From positions 2,048,001 to 2,112,000 of the forward strand of contig CAXXGO010000006.1 of NCBI GenBank assembly GCA_963666835.2: 64,000 nucleotides of DNA. Reading direction: 5' to 3'. Made by a program: the position numbers and the translations under genes. Positions 8,719 to 18,236 of the stretch are shown in pieces (positions within the stretch are counted from its first letter, which is position 1; each line of letters begins with the position of its first letter). Source of the stretch: Phycisphaerae bacterium. GTDB taxonomy: Bacteria; Planctomycetota; Phycisphaerae; UBA1845. Under the pieces are notes generated by a model. That model worked only from the letters and a program-made list of their open reading frames with translations, ran no database searches and was not told the DNA's origin.

Positions 8719-9231
8719 TTACGTGCTCGCCCCACCCCCCAGCGCACCCTCCAACCTGAGCATCCGGGCCTTCAGCTTCGTTTCGCCCGGGGATGAAAAG
8801 CCGCCGAGCGCGCCGTCGGAGCGGAGGACGCGGTGGCAGGGGATAATCAGCGGGATGGGGTTGTGGGCCATGGCTCCGCCGACGGCGCGCGCGGCGCGCG
8901 GGTTGCCCGCGGCCCGGGCCAGCTCGGCGTAGGTAACCGTCCGGCCATACGGAATCAGCAGGCATTGTTCGAGCACGGCGCGGCGAAACGGGGTGATGCC
9001 CGACAGGTCGAGGTCCACGTCGAAGGCCGCGGGGGTGCCGCGGAAGTAGGCGACAATCTGCTTGCGCAGGCCGGGCAAGAGCCGCTTCGCTTCGGTGGCG
9101 TCGGGCCAATGCTTCCGGATCGACCGGCGCAAACCGGCCGCGGACTGGGGCAGGTATGCGGAGACGAGCCGGGAGCCCTGAGCGACGTAACCGAACGATC
9201 CGAACGCGGTGTCGAACATTGTGTATTGCAT
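8719..9231 (-). CDS. ogt: Methylated-DNA--protein-cysteine methyltransferase
   Basis: IPYGRTVTYAELA, ARAVGGA and active-site PCHRV; SD AGGAGG. Confidence 0.95.
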   Translation of the reverse strand: MQYTMFDTAFGSFGYVAQGSRLVSAYLPQSAAGLRRSIRKHWPDATEAKRLLPGLRKQIVAYFRGTPAAFDVDLDLSGITPFRRAVLEQCLLIPYGRTVTYAELARAAGNPRAARAVGGAMAHNPIPLIIPCHRVLRSDGALGGFSSPGETKLKARMLRLEGALGGGAST

Positions 9232-9407
9232 TGGGCGACCTCCTGATAAGATAGGCTAAGACGTATCGCAAACCGGTATCGACCGCAAGAGGATGGGACC
9301 TCGCCAAGTCGATGTCCGGCATTACGGAGGAGTCCGTGGATAGACTCGCCTGCCCCGTGATGGGTCATGGGCCAACTGTTAGAAGGCTGCGGGGCGGCGC
9401 AGGCGGG

Positions 9408-9497
9408 TGTAGGGCAGCGTTGAGGTACGAGACCTGCCTGGATCTTCGCGCATCGCGCGCTGTTGTGGCAGGTCTCGTTCCTCGACCGTGCCCTACG
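9408..9497. repeat. Inverted REP doublet (REPIN-like)
   Basis: Degenerate GTAGGGCAGCGTTGAGGTACGAGACCTGCC faces GGCAGGTCTCGTTCCTCGACCGTGCCCTACG (9467-9497). Confidence 0.7.
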
Positions 9498-9533
9498 GAT
9501 AGGGCCGTCGTGGGCGGCAAGGGGGAGCAATCA

Positions 9534-9902
9534 GTGGATGAGTTAGCCTGGGTTCTGGTGTATGTTGGTGCCGCCTGGCCGGTTGTTCTGGTGGTGCCGT
9601 CGTTGCTGCCGCGTTGGAAGAGGGGTCGGGTGTCCGAACGGCGCTGGATTCTCTGCTTCTCCGGTTATGCTCTTTTGCTGACCCTGGCGGCGATCCTGCA
9701 CGCGTACGTGTTGACCGACTCGCGTCCCGCACCGACGGCTCTTGCGTATGCGTACGATCTCGGCGTCCGAGCCCAGCCCGGCTGGATGCCCATGGAACGC
9801 TGGCTGATCATCGGGATCTGCGCGACCATCCTCGTCGCGCTGCGGTCCTTCCTGAAGAAAGGGCATTGGTTCAGCATGCCCCCAAGGCGAACACGATTCT
9901 GA
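9534..9902 (+). CDS. Small hypothetical membrane protein (~3 TM)
   Basis: GGGGAG SD before GTG 9534; three hydrophobic stretches. Confidence 0.55.
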   Translation: MDELAWVLVYVGAAWPVVLVVPSLLPRWKRGRVSERRWILCFSGYALLLTLAAILHAYVLTDSRPAPTALAYAYDLGVRAQPGWMPMERWLIIGICATILVALRSFLKKGHWFSMPPRRTRF

Positions 9903-9984
9903 GACCGTTTCGGGATGGTCTGCCGTCTGTTTCCGAGTTCTTCCTCCTTGACGGGTGTTCAGGGCAGGTCTCGTGCCCTACGAA

Positions 9985-12291
9985 CTAGGGACCTTCGAAG
10001 GCCCCTGTGAACTTGCTGATGTCAGCAAGATCCACGCCGTTCTTGCCGTCGAAATCTGCTGGTCTGCACGGATCGGATAGTGTGGGCTCGCCGAGCCCGG
10101 TGAAGCAGTTTTGAAACGAGGCAAAGTCCGCCAGGTCGACGTCATTGTCGGCATCGAGGTCACCGTAAGCCGGCCCCGTGCGTACCCACGCCGGTTGCAG
10201 CCAGCAGGAATAGTCGCCGTAATTGTCAAACAGCGCGTTTGCCGTAAGCGTGACATGGTCGCCCGGTTCCACGGGAAGCTCAACGAAGGCGGGGTACGCT
10301 GAGAATCCGTAAGGTTTGGCAATCCTGGCACTGGTGAACATCACAGCGCCATTGATGTGGCACTCGAATACGACGGATCCGGCATTGTGATCCTCCAGCC
10401 CGTACATTCCCCGGAATGTGTTGATCCCGCCCGGCACTTCGTACTCGACCCAGGAGTCGGCGTGCACGCCAAGTGACTTATCCCAGGCGATTCCGTTCAC
10501 TTCGATCTTCCCGGTCAAGCCGCACCCGTACTCATTATGCCCGATGGTGCCCAGGCCGACTTCGCCGCCGAGTTCCGCTAGATCGCTGGCGAATCGGTCC
10601 GGAAGCGTCGGGTCGGTCATACCGTAATACTCACTGCGATTGCCCGCCAGGTCGCCATCCGGATCACCCGATGCGGTTTGAGCGAGGTTTCTCCAATTGG
10701 AATACTCCCATCCGTCATCGAGCCCGTCCGAGTCGGTATCGTCTCTGATCTCGATGGGGAAAAGGCTGCCGGACAGGTCCGGCTTGTCGGTCCGGAACAG
10801 CCGCAGGTCGAAGTGGGGACCGGTCTGCGACAGGCTCGACAGAGGTATGTCGATCGTCCCTTGTTGCGGGTCCAATCCGTCGGCCACCCAAACCGGCTCG
10901 CCCAAACGACTGAGTTCCATCGTCAACAACGCATCGGGCTCGGTATTCCCAAGTATACTCCACAAGACGGTTGCGTCTTCGTGAGGATCCCACACCTGAG
11001 TTCCGTCCAGCGAATTCAGCATGTAGAAATCGTCGACGTCGGAGTACCACAGGCCATAGCGCTCCCTGGCGGTCGAGCCGCTTCCGCCACCGTAACTCCA
11101 GCGGCGATAGGAATCGTAGCGCAGGCTCAGGTAGGCCGAGGGCCCCGATGACTGCGATGTTACGATATATCGCTCCGCCAGATACCCCCAGGTTCCGCCC
11201 TGCACGTTGCAGTGGACCCATCCAATGTTCGGAAGGTACACCTCGGCCCATCGGTGGTGCGGATCGTCACGATATGGGCCGGGTCCGGCGGCCGCCCCGC
11301 GGCGAACGAGAGAACCGGTCCATCTTGCGGGAATGCCGGCAGAGCGGCACACGGCGATAAACGCGAATGCGTATTCAGAACAACTTCCATTACCCCGCTG
11401 AATGACCGTGACCGCATCGTCCCATCCTCCCGCGGATTCGTAATAGAGGTGTGCTTGGATCCACGCGAAAATCGCTTGGGCCATGAACAGGGGGTGGGCC
11501 TCGCCCTGCAGGGCGTCGTCGCGGGCGCCCGTGATGACCGGACTGGTGATCTGAAACAGGGGGTCATCGGCCAGATACTCCGTGGTGATTTCCGCGGGGA
11601 TATCATCCAGAGCGCCCACGTCCTCCGGGGCGATGTCGTACTGCATCTTCCACGTACGAACCCGAGCTCGCCACCAAGTTTCGTGCTCGGTGCCGGGGGG
11701 GACATCGGCGAAGTAGTAGTACACGATGGGCTGTCCGCGATTATCATAGATGAACTGGCCGCCTTCGGGATGGAACTCGATATCGATGATCTGCTGGCGT
11801 TCGAGGTCGACCGGGTAAAGCGTGTGGAATCTCAGATACGACATCGTGTCCGGTCCGAGGTTCTTTACGGAGCTGATGAGCCGGACGTCACCGACCGCCG
11901 GGTCAAAAAGATACAGAGCCGAACTCGGCCCCAGCTCGATGACGCGCAGCCCCTCCGGTCGAGGATCGCTGTGGAGCACTCCGCTGGGTCCGGCCGCCGT
12001 TGCCGTACGCTCGAGACGCAAACCATCCACGCGGTCGAACGGGATCCTCGCAGACTCAGACGGATCGTCTTCTCGTTGTGGCGGGGAGCAAGGCCGGGTC
12101 TCGTCGAGCGGAGTGGTCTCCTCGTCATGTTCTGAGCCCGGGGAGGCGATCGGCTTACGTGCGGGCGGTTCGTCAAGAGTGTGCGCGGCCCCGCCGTCGG
12201 CCTGTTCAGCGATCGAGGAGGAACCGAAGATCAGCCAGACGGCCACAGTCAGAACGGGAAAGTGAAGCAGCCATCGGTGGATTTCAACCAT
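9985..12291 (-). CDS. Secreted transglutaminase-like protein with Ca-binding repeats, NPCBM/NEW2-like domain and dockerin-like tail
   Basis: Signal peptide; GSCSEYAFAFIAVCRSAGIPAR and HRWAEVYLPNIGWV; DTDSDGLDDGWE; SLGVHADS..Y...GSVVF NPCBM-like pattern; GDLDADNDVDLADF repeats. Alternative start 12363. Confidence 0.85.
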   Translation of the reverse strand: MVEIHRWLLHFPVLTVAVWLIFGSSSIAEQADGGAAHTLDEPPARKPIASPGSEHDEETTPLDETRPCSPPQREDDPSESARIPFDRVDGLRLERTATAAGPSGVLHSDPRPEGLRVIELGPSSALYLFDPAVGDVRLISSVKNLGPDTMSYLRFHTLYPVDLERQQIIDIEFHPEGGQFIYDNRGQPIVYYYFADVPPGTEHETWWRARVRTWKMQYDIAPEDVGALDDIPAEITTEYLADDPLFQITSPVITGARDDALQGEAHPLFMAQAIFAWIQAHLYYESAGGWDDAVTVIQRGNGSCSEYAFAFIAVCRSAGIPARWTGSLVRRGAAAGPGPYRDDPHHRWAEVYLPNIGWVHCNVQGGTWGYLAERYIVTSQSSGPSAYLSLRYDSYRRWSYGGGSGSTARERYGLWYSDVDDFYMLNSLDGTQVWDPHEDATVLWSILGNTEPDALLTMELSRLGEPVWVADGLDPQQGTIDIPLSSLSQTGPHFDLRLFRTDKPDLSGSLFPIEIRDDTDSDGLDDGWEYSNWRNLAQTASGDPDGDLAGNRSEYYGMTDPTLPDRFASDLAELGGEVGLGTIGHNEYGCGLTGKIEVNGIAWDKSLGVHADSWVEYEVPGGINTFRGMYGLEDHNAGSVVFECHINGAVMFTSARIAKPYGFSAYPAFVELPVEPGDHVTLTANALFDNYGDYSCWLQPAWVRTGPAYGDLDADNDVDLADFASFQNCFTGLGEPTLSDPCRPADFDGKNGVDLADISKFTGAFEGP

Positions 12292-12612
12292 TGAGTCTCG
12301 CTCCTGCAACTTGACGCGAATCGCCTGGCTCGCGACGACGATCTTCCGAGATGTCCCTTTCACGGGTCTTCAAACAACCATTCTACCGGGATAGACCTGG
12401 CGATCCAAGCTGGATTGGATCTGAAATTCGGCGATTGGTGTATCCCTCGCCGGATGATGTCGGTATCCGTCGCCTGGTCATGTGCCGGACATTACGTTCG
12501 AGCCCGGCTTTGGATGTCGTCGCAAGGCTGGCGATTACGCGTTGTTGGCCTCAACAATCGCCGCTTGCCCGTGACGGATGGTGCGGGTGTTCCATTACCT
12601 TTCCGAAGCCCG

Positions 12613-12644
12613 CGGCAGGTCTCGTTCCTCGACCGTGCCCTACG
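12613..12644. repeat. REP element
   Basis: CGGCAGGTCTCGTTCCTCGACCGTGCCCTACG, identical to copies at 46907, 47150, 47244, 47388 and 52031. Confidence 0.9.
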
Positions 12645-12803
12645 GATTATGCGAGTGAGGGGACCGTCGTGCCCTTCCCGCCTCGACAATCCTACCGTCA
12701 GCCCGTATAGGTCTTCGCAATGCCGGGCCGCTGTCCGGCAGATCGGTTTCGCGGCAAGACTTGCAGGGGAGTGGGTCGGATGCTGCCGCACGCGGTGGAT
12801 TGA

Positions 12804-13751
12804 GTGACAATCATGGGACCGACCCTGACCTTCATCATGGGGTGCACCGGATCGGGCAAGGGCGGACTCGGTCGCGAGCTGGCCCGGCGGACCGGCGGCG
12901 AGATAATCAGCATTGACTCGATGAAGGTCTACCGCCGTATGGACATCGGCACAGCCAAGCCTCCGCCGGAGGTCCTGCGCGAGATACCGCATCATCTGGT
13001 AGACGTCGTCGAGCCTTCTCAGGATTTCTCGGTGGCTCGATACGTGGAGCTGGCCGAGCAGGCCATTAAGCAGATCCACGAGCGAGGCAAGCCCATCTTC
13101 GTGGTTGGCGGGACCCCGCTATACATCAAGGGTCTGACTGAAGGGCTGTTTGAAGGCCCCGGAGCCGATCCGGGCATTCGCGCCCGTTTGCACGAAGAGG
13201 CTCGCGGTAGCGGGCAGGAGATGCTCTATCGCCGACTTCAGGAAGTCGACCCGGCTTCCGCCGAACGCATTCACCCCAACGACCTGCGGCGGATAGTCCG
13301 GGCCCTGGAGGTGTTCGAGCTGACCGGGCAGACGATCAGCGCGCTGCAAACGCAATGGGATCAACAGCGGACCCGCCATGAATGCGTGTTCATCGGCCTG
13401 CGGCGGGATCGTGAAGACCAGAACCACCGCACCAACGAACGGGTCCGACGAATGATCGAGACCGGGCTGGTCGATGAAGTACGTACCCTGCTGGCCGAGC
13501 CCGAGCCGCTGAGCGAAACTGCCCGAAAGGCCCTGGGGTACGCGGAGGTCATCGAGCATTTAGCCGGGCGGATAACCCTTGCGGATGCGGTGGAAATGAT
13601 CAAAATAAATACTCGGCGGCTGGCCAAGGCTCAGCGGACGTGGTTCAAGCGGTTTCGCGATACCGAGTGGATCGATCTGACTGCCACGAGCACGGCGTCC
13701 GAGGTGGCCGAGCAACTGCTGCACAGTCGAGGGTCGTTATGGAAGCCGTAA
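12804..13751 (+). CDS. miaA: tRNA dimethylallyltransferase
   Basis: GCTGSGKG, IISIDSMKVYRRMDIGTAKP, VGGTPLY, RIVRALEV and TRRLAKAQRTWF. Confidence 0.97.
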   Translation: MTIMGPTLTFIMGCTGSGKGGLGRELARRTGGEIISIDSMKVYRRMDIGTAKPPPEVLREIPHHLVDVVEPSQDFSVARYVELAEQAIKQIHERGKPIFVVGGTPLYIKGLTEGLFEGPGADPGIRARLHEEARGSGQEMLYRRLQEVDPASAERIHPNDLRRIVRALEVFELTGQTISALQTQWDQQRTRHECVFIGLRRDREDQNHRTNERVRRMIETGLVDEVRTLLAEPEPLSETARKALGYAEVIEHLAGRITLADAVEMIKINTRRLAKAQRTWFKRFRDTEWIDLTATSTASEVAEQLLHSRGSLWKP

Positions 13752-14710
13752 CCGAAATGACGAATTGGGCCGTCGATCTGATCGACGTGCACAAGACGTA
13801 CGGCCGGACGATCCGCGCTTTGGGGGGCGTCAATATCCAGGTTCGCCGCGGGGAAATTTTCGGCCTGCTGGGGCCGAACGGGGCGGGCAAGACCACGCTG
13901 GTTAAGATCATGATGACGGCCGTGCGCCCGACTAAGGCTCTGGGCACCATCCTCGGCCGCCCGATCGGGCATCGGGGCAAGCTGGCGCGCATCGGATACC
14001 TGCCGGAACATCAGCGTTTCCCGCCGTATCTGACCGGCATGCAGGCTCTGGATTACTTCGGCGCTCTGGCTAAGGTGCCACGAGTGCGTCGCATGGAGAA
14101 CGCGAACCGTTTGCTCGATCGGCTCTGGCTGGGGCAGTGGCGGAATACGCGGGTCGACAAATACTCGAAGGGAATGGTGCAGCGGTTGGGTATCGCGCAG
14201 GCGCTGGTGAACGACCCGGAGATGGTCGTTCTGGATGAGCCGACGGATGGACTGGACCCGGTGGGGCGGCGCGACGTTCGCGAGTTGTTGATCGAACTGC
14301 GGAACGAGGGGAAGACCGTCTTTCTGAACTCGCATCTTCTCAGCGAACTCGAGCAGGTTTGCGATCGCGTGGCGATTCTGGTCGACGGCCTGGTGGCTCG
14401 GCAGGGTACCCTGCGGGAGCTGACCGAGCATACGGTTGAGTATCGCGTGACGGCGTTGGGAGACCTCAGTCCGTTGCGCGAGAAGCTCGAGAAGTTGGGG
14501 GCTTCCTGTGAGGGCGGGTTGATCTGTGTGCCGGGACATGACGCGGCGACCGCTAACGCCGTGGTCGACCTGCTACGCGGAGCGAACTTGTTGATCGAAT
14601 CGGTAGAACCGCATCGGTTCAGCTTGGAAGATATTCTCGTGGAGGCTCTCGGAGAGTCGCACGGAGCACCGCCGGCGCGCCGCGTCGGACCGGTCGGTTC
14701 GGGCGCTTAA
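13739..14710 (+). CDS. ABC transporter ATP-binding protein
   Basis: GPNGAGKTT, YSKGM signature, LDEP and SH motifs. Confidence 0.95.
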   Translation: MEAVTEMTNWAVDLIDVHKTYGRTIRALGGVNIQVRRGEIFGLLGPNGAGKTTLVKIMMTAVRPTKALGTILGRPIGHRGKLARIGYLPEHQRFPPYLTGMQALDYFGALAKVPRVRRMENANRLLDRLWLGQWRNTRVDKYSKGMVQRLGIAQALVNDPEMVVLDEPTDGLDPVGRRDVRELLIELRNEGKTVFLNSHLLSELEQVCDRVAILVDGLVARQGTLRELTEHTVEYRVTALGDLSPLREKLEKLGASCEGGLICVPGHDAATANAVVDLLRGANLLIESVEPHRFSLEDILVEALGESHGAPPARRVGPVGSGA

Positions 14711-14736
14711 AGACCCCGAGATTGCGCGGCAGAATC

Positions 14737-15669
14737 ATGCAGCAGTTTCTCGCCCTTGCCAAAGACAGCCTGCGGGAGTCCATGGATCGCAAGATCTTCT
14801 GGGTGATGACGGCCCTGTCGGTCCTGGTGGCCGCGGGGATGTTCTGCTTCGCCTTCGAGCCGGGTCGAGTCGTGGTCCTCTTCGGGGCGTGGGAGTTCGA
14901 GACCGCAGAGTTCACGTCCGCCGGATCCGTGCAGTCGAGCCGGATTGCCGGGCTGGCCGTACACATCATCTGGGATCTCATGCTCGGTTTCGTCGGGGTG
15001 ACTTTGGCCCTGGTCGCCACGGCGGGCTTCCTGCCGGCGTTCATGGAGCGCGGGGCGATCGAGGTCGTGCTCTCGAAACCGATGGCGCGATGGAAGGTCT
15101 TTTTGGCGAAGTATCTGGGCAGTATGGTGTTCATCCTCGCTCAGGCAACGTTGTTCGTCGTCCTCACTTACATGGTGATCGGGTTCCGCTGGAGGGTCTG
15201 GCTGCCGGGCTATCTTCTGACGATCCCGCTGTCCGTGATTCTGTTCAGTTACCTCTATTGCGTGTCGGCTCTTGTGGCCGTGTGGTCGCGCAGCACCGTG
15301 GCTGCGGCGCTTATGAGTTTCGGGGCGTGGGTGGGTTTCTTCGGAGTGCAAACCACGGCCGATCTGTTCGACTTGTATCCGTCCTGGCAGGAGCAGACCG
15401 TAGCCTGCAATGCGATTCGGGCCGCCCGTTGGATCGTGCCCAAGACTCAGGATATCACCTATCTGGCGGCCAGATGGGTGGGAGCCGGCGCGTCTTCCGA
15501 AGTCGTACCGGACGGTGAGGGGGAGGATGCCGAGCTTGTTCGTCGCGCCGGTGCGCTGGAAGAAGAGCGGATGGAGATCAACCCGGTTCACACGCTTGGC
15601 TCGTCGTTGCTCTTCGAGGCGGTCATCGTATTGCTGGCGATCTGGAAGTTCTCGCGTACGGATTACTGA
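14737..15669 (+). CDS. ABC-2 type permease
   Basis: Multi-TM; ERGAIEVVLSKP..RWKVFLAKYLG; C-terminal FSRTDY. Confidence 0.9.
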   Translation: MQQFLALAKDSLRESMDRKIFWVMTALSVLVAAGMFCFAFEPGRVVVLFGAWEFETAEFTSAGSVQSSRIAGLAVHIIWDLMLGFVGVTLALVATAGFLPAFMERGAIEVVLSKPMARWKVFLAKYLGSMVFILAQATLFVVLTYMVIGFRWRVWLPGYLLTIPLSVILFSYLYCVSALVAVWSRSTVAAALMSFGAWVGFFGVQTTADLFDLYPSWQEQTVACNAIRAARWIVPKTQDITYLAARWVGAGASSEVVPDGEGEDAELVRRAGALEEERMEINPVHTLGSSLLFEAVIVLLAIWKFSRTDY

Positions 15670-15681
15670 CCGACCGTCCCC

Positions 15682-16845
15682 TTGGGCGCATGCGACAAAG
15701 CTGAGGCACCGCCCGGAAGCCGTGGTGACATTACCTTGAGCGCGTCTGGTGGCGTAATCCTGTATGTGATTACCGATCTCCTTGTCGGTGGAGTCCCGCT
15801 TCACCTGCGCCGCTTGGTCGACAGGATGCGCGCGCGCGGATTTCTGCCGCAGGTTGTCTCTTTGGCTCCGCCCGGCCCGGTTGCGCAGCTTCTTGCGGAT
15901 GATGGGGTTACGGTTCATAGCTGCCACGGCAAAGGCGGGTGGGACTTTCGCGTTATCGGGCGACTCGCCCGGATCATTGAGTCGGTGCGGCCGGACCTTG
16001 CGCATGCGCTTCTGTTTCATGCCAACGTAGCGTCACGATGGGCCGCGCGGTACGCGGGCCTGCCTTCCGAGCGCGTGCTTTGCGAGATCCAAACCGTGGA
16101 GGTCGAGCGGCGCTGGCACTTGTGGGTGGACCGCTGGACTCATCGTGGTTGCCGCGTGACGATCGGCAATTCTCCTTCGGTGATCGAGCACCTGGCCAAG
16201 CGGGCGCGAATCCCGCGAGCGCGTTTACGCCTGGTGCCTGGAGGGATAGATCCGGAGCGTATTCGCCAAGCGGCGCCGATCGAGCGGGCTAAGCTCGGCC
16301 TGGCCGACGATCAGGCGGTGCTCCTTTGGGCGGGGCGGCTGGACCCCGTCAAGGGTCTGGACCATCTGATCGAAGCTGTGGGGCGCGTCGCGGCGAAGCG
16401 TGACGTGCATTTGCTTTTAGCCGGGGACGGACCACAACGGGCGGCGCTTGCGACGCTGGCGGACCGGCGGCAGTTGGCCGCTCGCGTTCACTTCCTCGGT
16501 GCGCGTGACGACATTCCGGCACTGTTGCAGATGGCCGACGTGTTCGTGTTTCCATCGCGCACGGAGGGACTGCCCAATGCCCTGTTGGAGGCGATGGCTG
16601 CGTGCCGGGCAATTGTCACTACGGATGTTCCCGGTTGCCGCGACCTGATTCGCCGCGACGAGACCGGTCTGGTCGTGCCCTTTGGCGATCCGGCGGCACT
16701 GGCCGGTGCTCTTATGCGCTTGTTGGAGGATCCGGACCTTGCCGCTAAGCTCGGATGCGCCGCGGGAGAAGAGGTCGAGCGGCACTGGCACATAGACCAG
16801 ACCTACGCCGCCTACGAATCCCTCTACCGCGAGACCCTATCTTAA
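15682..16845 (+). CDS. Glycosyltransferase family 4
   Basis: ITDLLVGG, GRLDPVKG, VFPSRTEGLPNALLEAMA. True start may be TTG 15736. Confidence 0.92.
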   Translation: MGACDKAEAPPGSRGDITLSASGGVILYVITDLLVGGVPLHLRRLVDRMRARGFLPQVVSLAPPGPVAQLLADDGVTVHSCHGKGGWDFRVIGRLARIIESVRPDLAHALLFHANVASRWAARYAGLPSERVLCEIQTVEVERRWHLWVDRWTHRGCRVTIGNSPSVIEHLAKRARIPRARLRLVPGGIDPERIRQAAPIERAKLGLADDQAVLLWAGRLDPVKGLDHLIEAVGRVAAKRDVHLLLAGDGPQRAALATLADRRQLAARVHFLGARDDIPALLQMADVFVFPSRTEGLPNALLEAMAACRAIVTTDVPGCRDLIRRDETGLVVPFGDPAALAGALMRLLEDPDLAAKLGCAAGEEVERHWHIDQTYAAYESLYRETLS

Positions 16846-17140
16846 CCCCTTGTGGATGAGCCGCCGTTCCGCTCACTGACACGACGTTTTCGGCTGCGAC
16901 CGGCGAAGCTTCCCCTGTTCGGCGGATCGGTCGGTACGATTGGTGGAGCATTGTGGATCAAAAGCCGCTCGGCGCTCGGCATGGCTTGCGCAGGCGAAGC
17001 GCAAACTTTGCGCATGCTGCCGACGCCCATCCATAGGGTACCTCTCCAAGATAACCACCACATATAGGCGATTGTCTCCCAAGTTCTCCGACTTATCCGG
17101 ACTACAGAAAAAACCCCAGCAAGATTTGCCGAATTTAGTG

Positions 17141-17203
17141 TTGACGCGGTGGTGCTCGGTGGTACATTGTCCCTCGTAATCCCACGAAGTGGGGCAGCGT
17201 GCT
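17141..17203 (+). promoter_or_regulatory. dcw (mra) promoter with putative MraZ-binding direct repeats
   Basis: -35 TTGACG at 17141; TGn-extended -10 TACATT at 17163. GTG boxes at 17149, 17159, 17189 and 17199 in 10-bp phase. Confidence 0.7.
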
Positions 17204-17212
17204 GAACGGATC

Positions 17213-17698
17213 ATGCGAATATTCACGGGTCAGTATGATCGCACGATTGACGCGAAGAACCGGGTCCAGTTGCCCTCGCAGTTGCGAGCGGCCATCGATC
17301 GGGATCGCGATGGGGCGGGACTGTACGTCACGCTCGGCGAGCACCGGGGGACCCTGTCCATCTTCACCGAACGGAGTTTTGAAGATCTCGTGGCCAGGAT
17401 GGAAACGGAGTTCATGCCCGGGCCCGAGTCGCGTCGTTTCGAGCTGCAGTTCTATGCCCTCGCCTCGTTCGTGGAGATGGACAAACAGGGACGGATTGTG
17501 TTGCCCGACCGGCTGCGTCGTAAGGCCCGGTTGGGTGAGGAGGTATTCCTAGTCGGGCAGAAGCAGCGCATCGACGTTTGGTCACGGGAGGACCTGGAGC
17601 GTTCGATGGGGGTCGATTGGGATGGTGATGACTGGCCGGACTGGCAGGGCTTCATGCGGATGCGGCCGACGGTTTCGGCGGGCGACCCGCCGACGTAG
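17213..17698 (+). CDS. mraZ: Transcriptional regulator MraZ
   Basis: FTGQYDRTIDAKNRVQLP and MDKQGRIVLP double SpoVT-AbrB motifs; first gene of the dcw cluster. Confidence 0.95.
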   Translation: MRIFTGQYDRTIDAKNRVQLPSQLRAAIDRDRDGAGLYVTLGEHRGTLSIFTERSFEDLVARMETEFMPGPESRRFELQFYALASFVEMDKQGRIVLPDRLRRKARLGEEVFLVGQKQRIDVWSREDLERSMGVDWDGDDWPDWQGFMRMRPTVSAGDPPT

Positions 17699-17966
17699 GC
17701 CGGCGATTACGCTGGATGGATCCGGTTTCGCAGCGAGTGGCATGACGCGAAGAGCGAGGGGATCTGGGCGGGAACGGTCGCCCTGTTGGCGCGGTGGCGA
17801 CCGTTCTCAATCGAGTTGATTCGAAGGGCGGTCGGCGGCGGTCAGATCGCCTTCGGGCAAGTGGCGCGGACCGCAACAAGATTGTTGAGCTGACGACGTT
17901 GTCGCGGAAGAAGCGAAAGGATTCGCCGCGCGGCGGCGTTCGAAGGACACCACCGAGGCTCTGAGC

Positions 17967-18209
17967 ATGATCGACGGTTCTCTACGACTGGTGGAGCGAA
18001 TACATCGTCGGCAGGAGACGGGCAGGTCGCTTGGTCGGTTCCCCGGCGTATCCCTCGCCGAGCTGGCGGAACTGGAAGCTCGTATTCAGAACCTGCGGGC
18101 GACGGGACATGCTGCAACGGGCATCGGTCTCTCTCCGTTCGTCGCGGTGGGCGAGTGGAGCGGTGTCCCCTGCGGCGTCGGGGGTGAGTGTGTCGCCACG
18201 GATGTGTGA
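17967..18209 (+). CDS. Possible 80-aa protein between mraZ and rsmH
   Basis: ATG with GAGG upstream; amphipathic SLAELAELEARIQNLRA; ends 27 nt before rsmH. Confidence 0.35.
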   Translation: MIDGSLRLVERIHRRQETGRSLGRFPGVSLAELAELEARIQNLRATGHAATGIGLSPFVAVGEWSGVPCGVGGECVATDV

Positions 18210-18236
18210 CAACCCCCTGACGTGTTGGCGTAATGG

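Noticed and set aside
14707..16020. Long antisense ORFs (437 aa here; also 4284-5330, 40811-41863, 49190-50158)
   Set aside because: These are shadow frames opposite well-supported genes in GC-rich DNA and carry no recognisable motifs.
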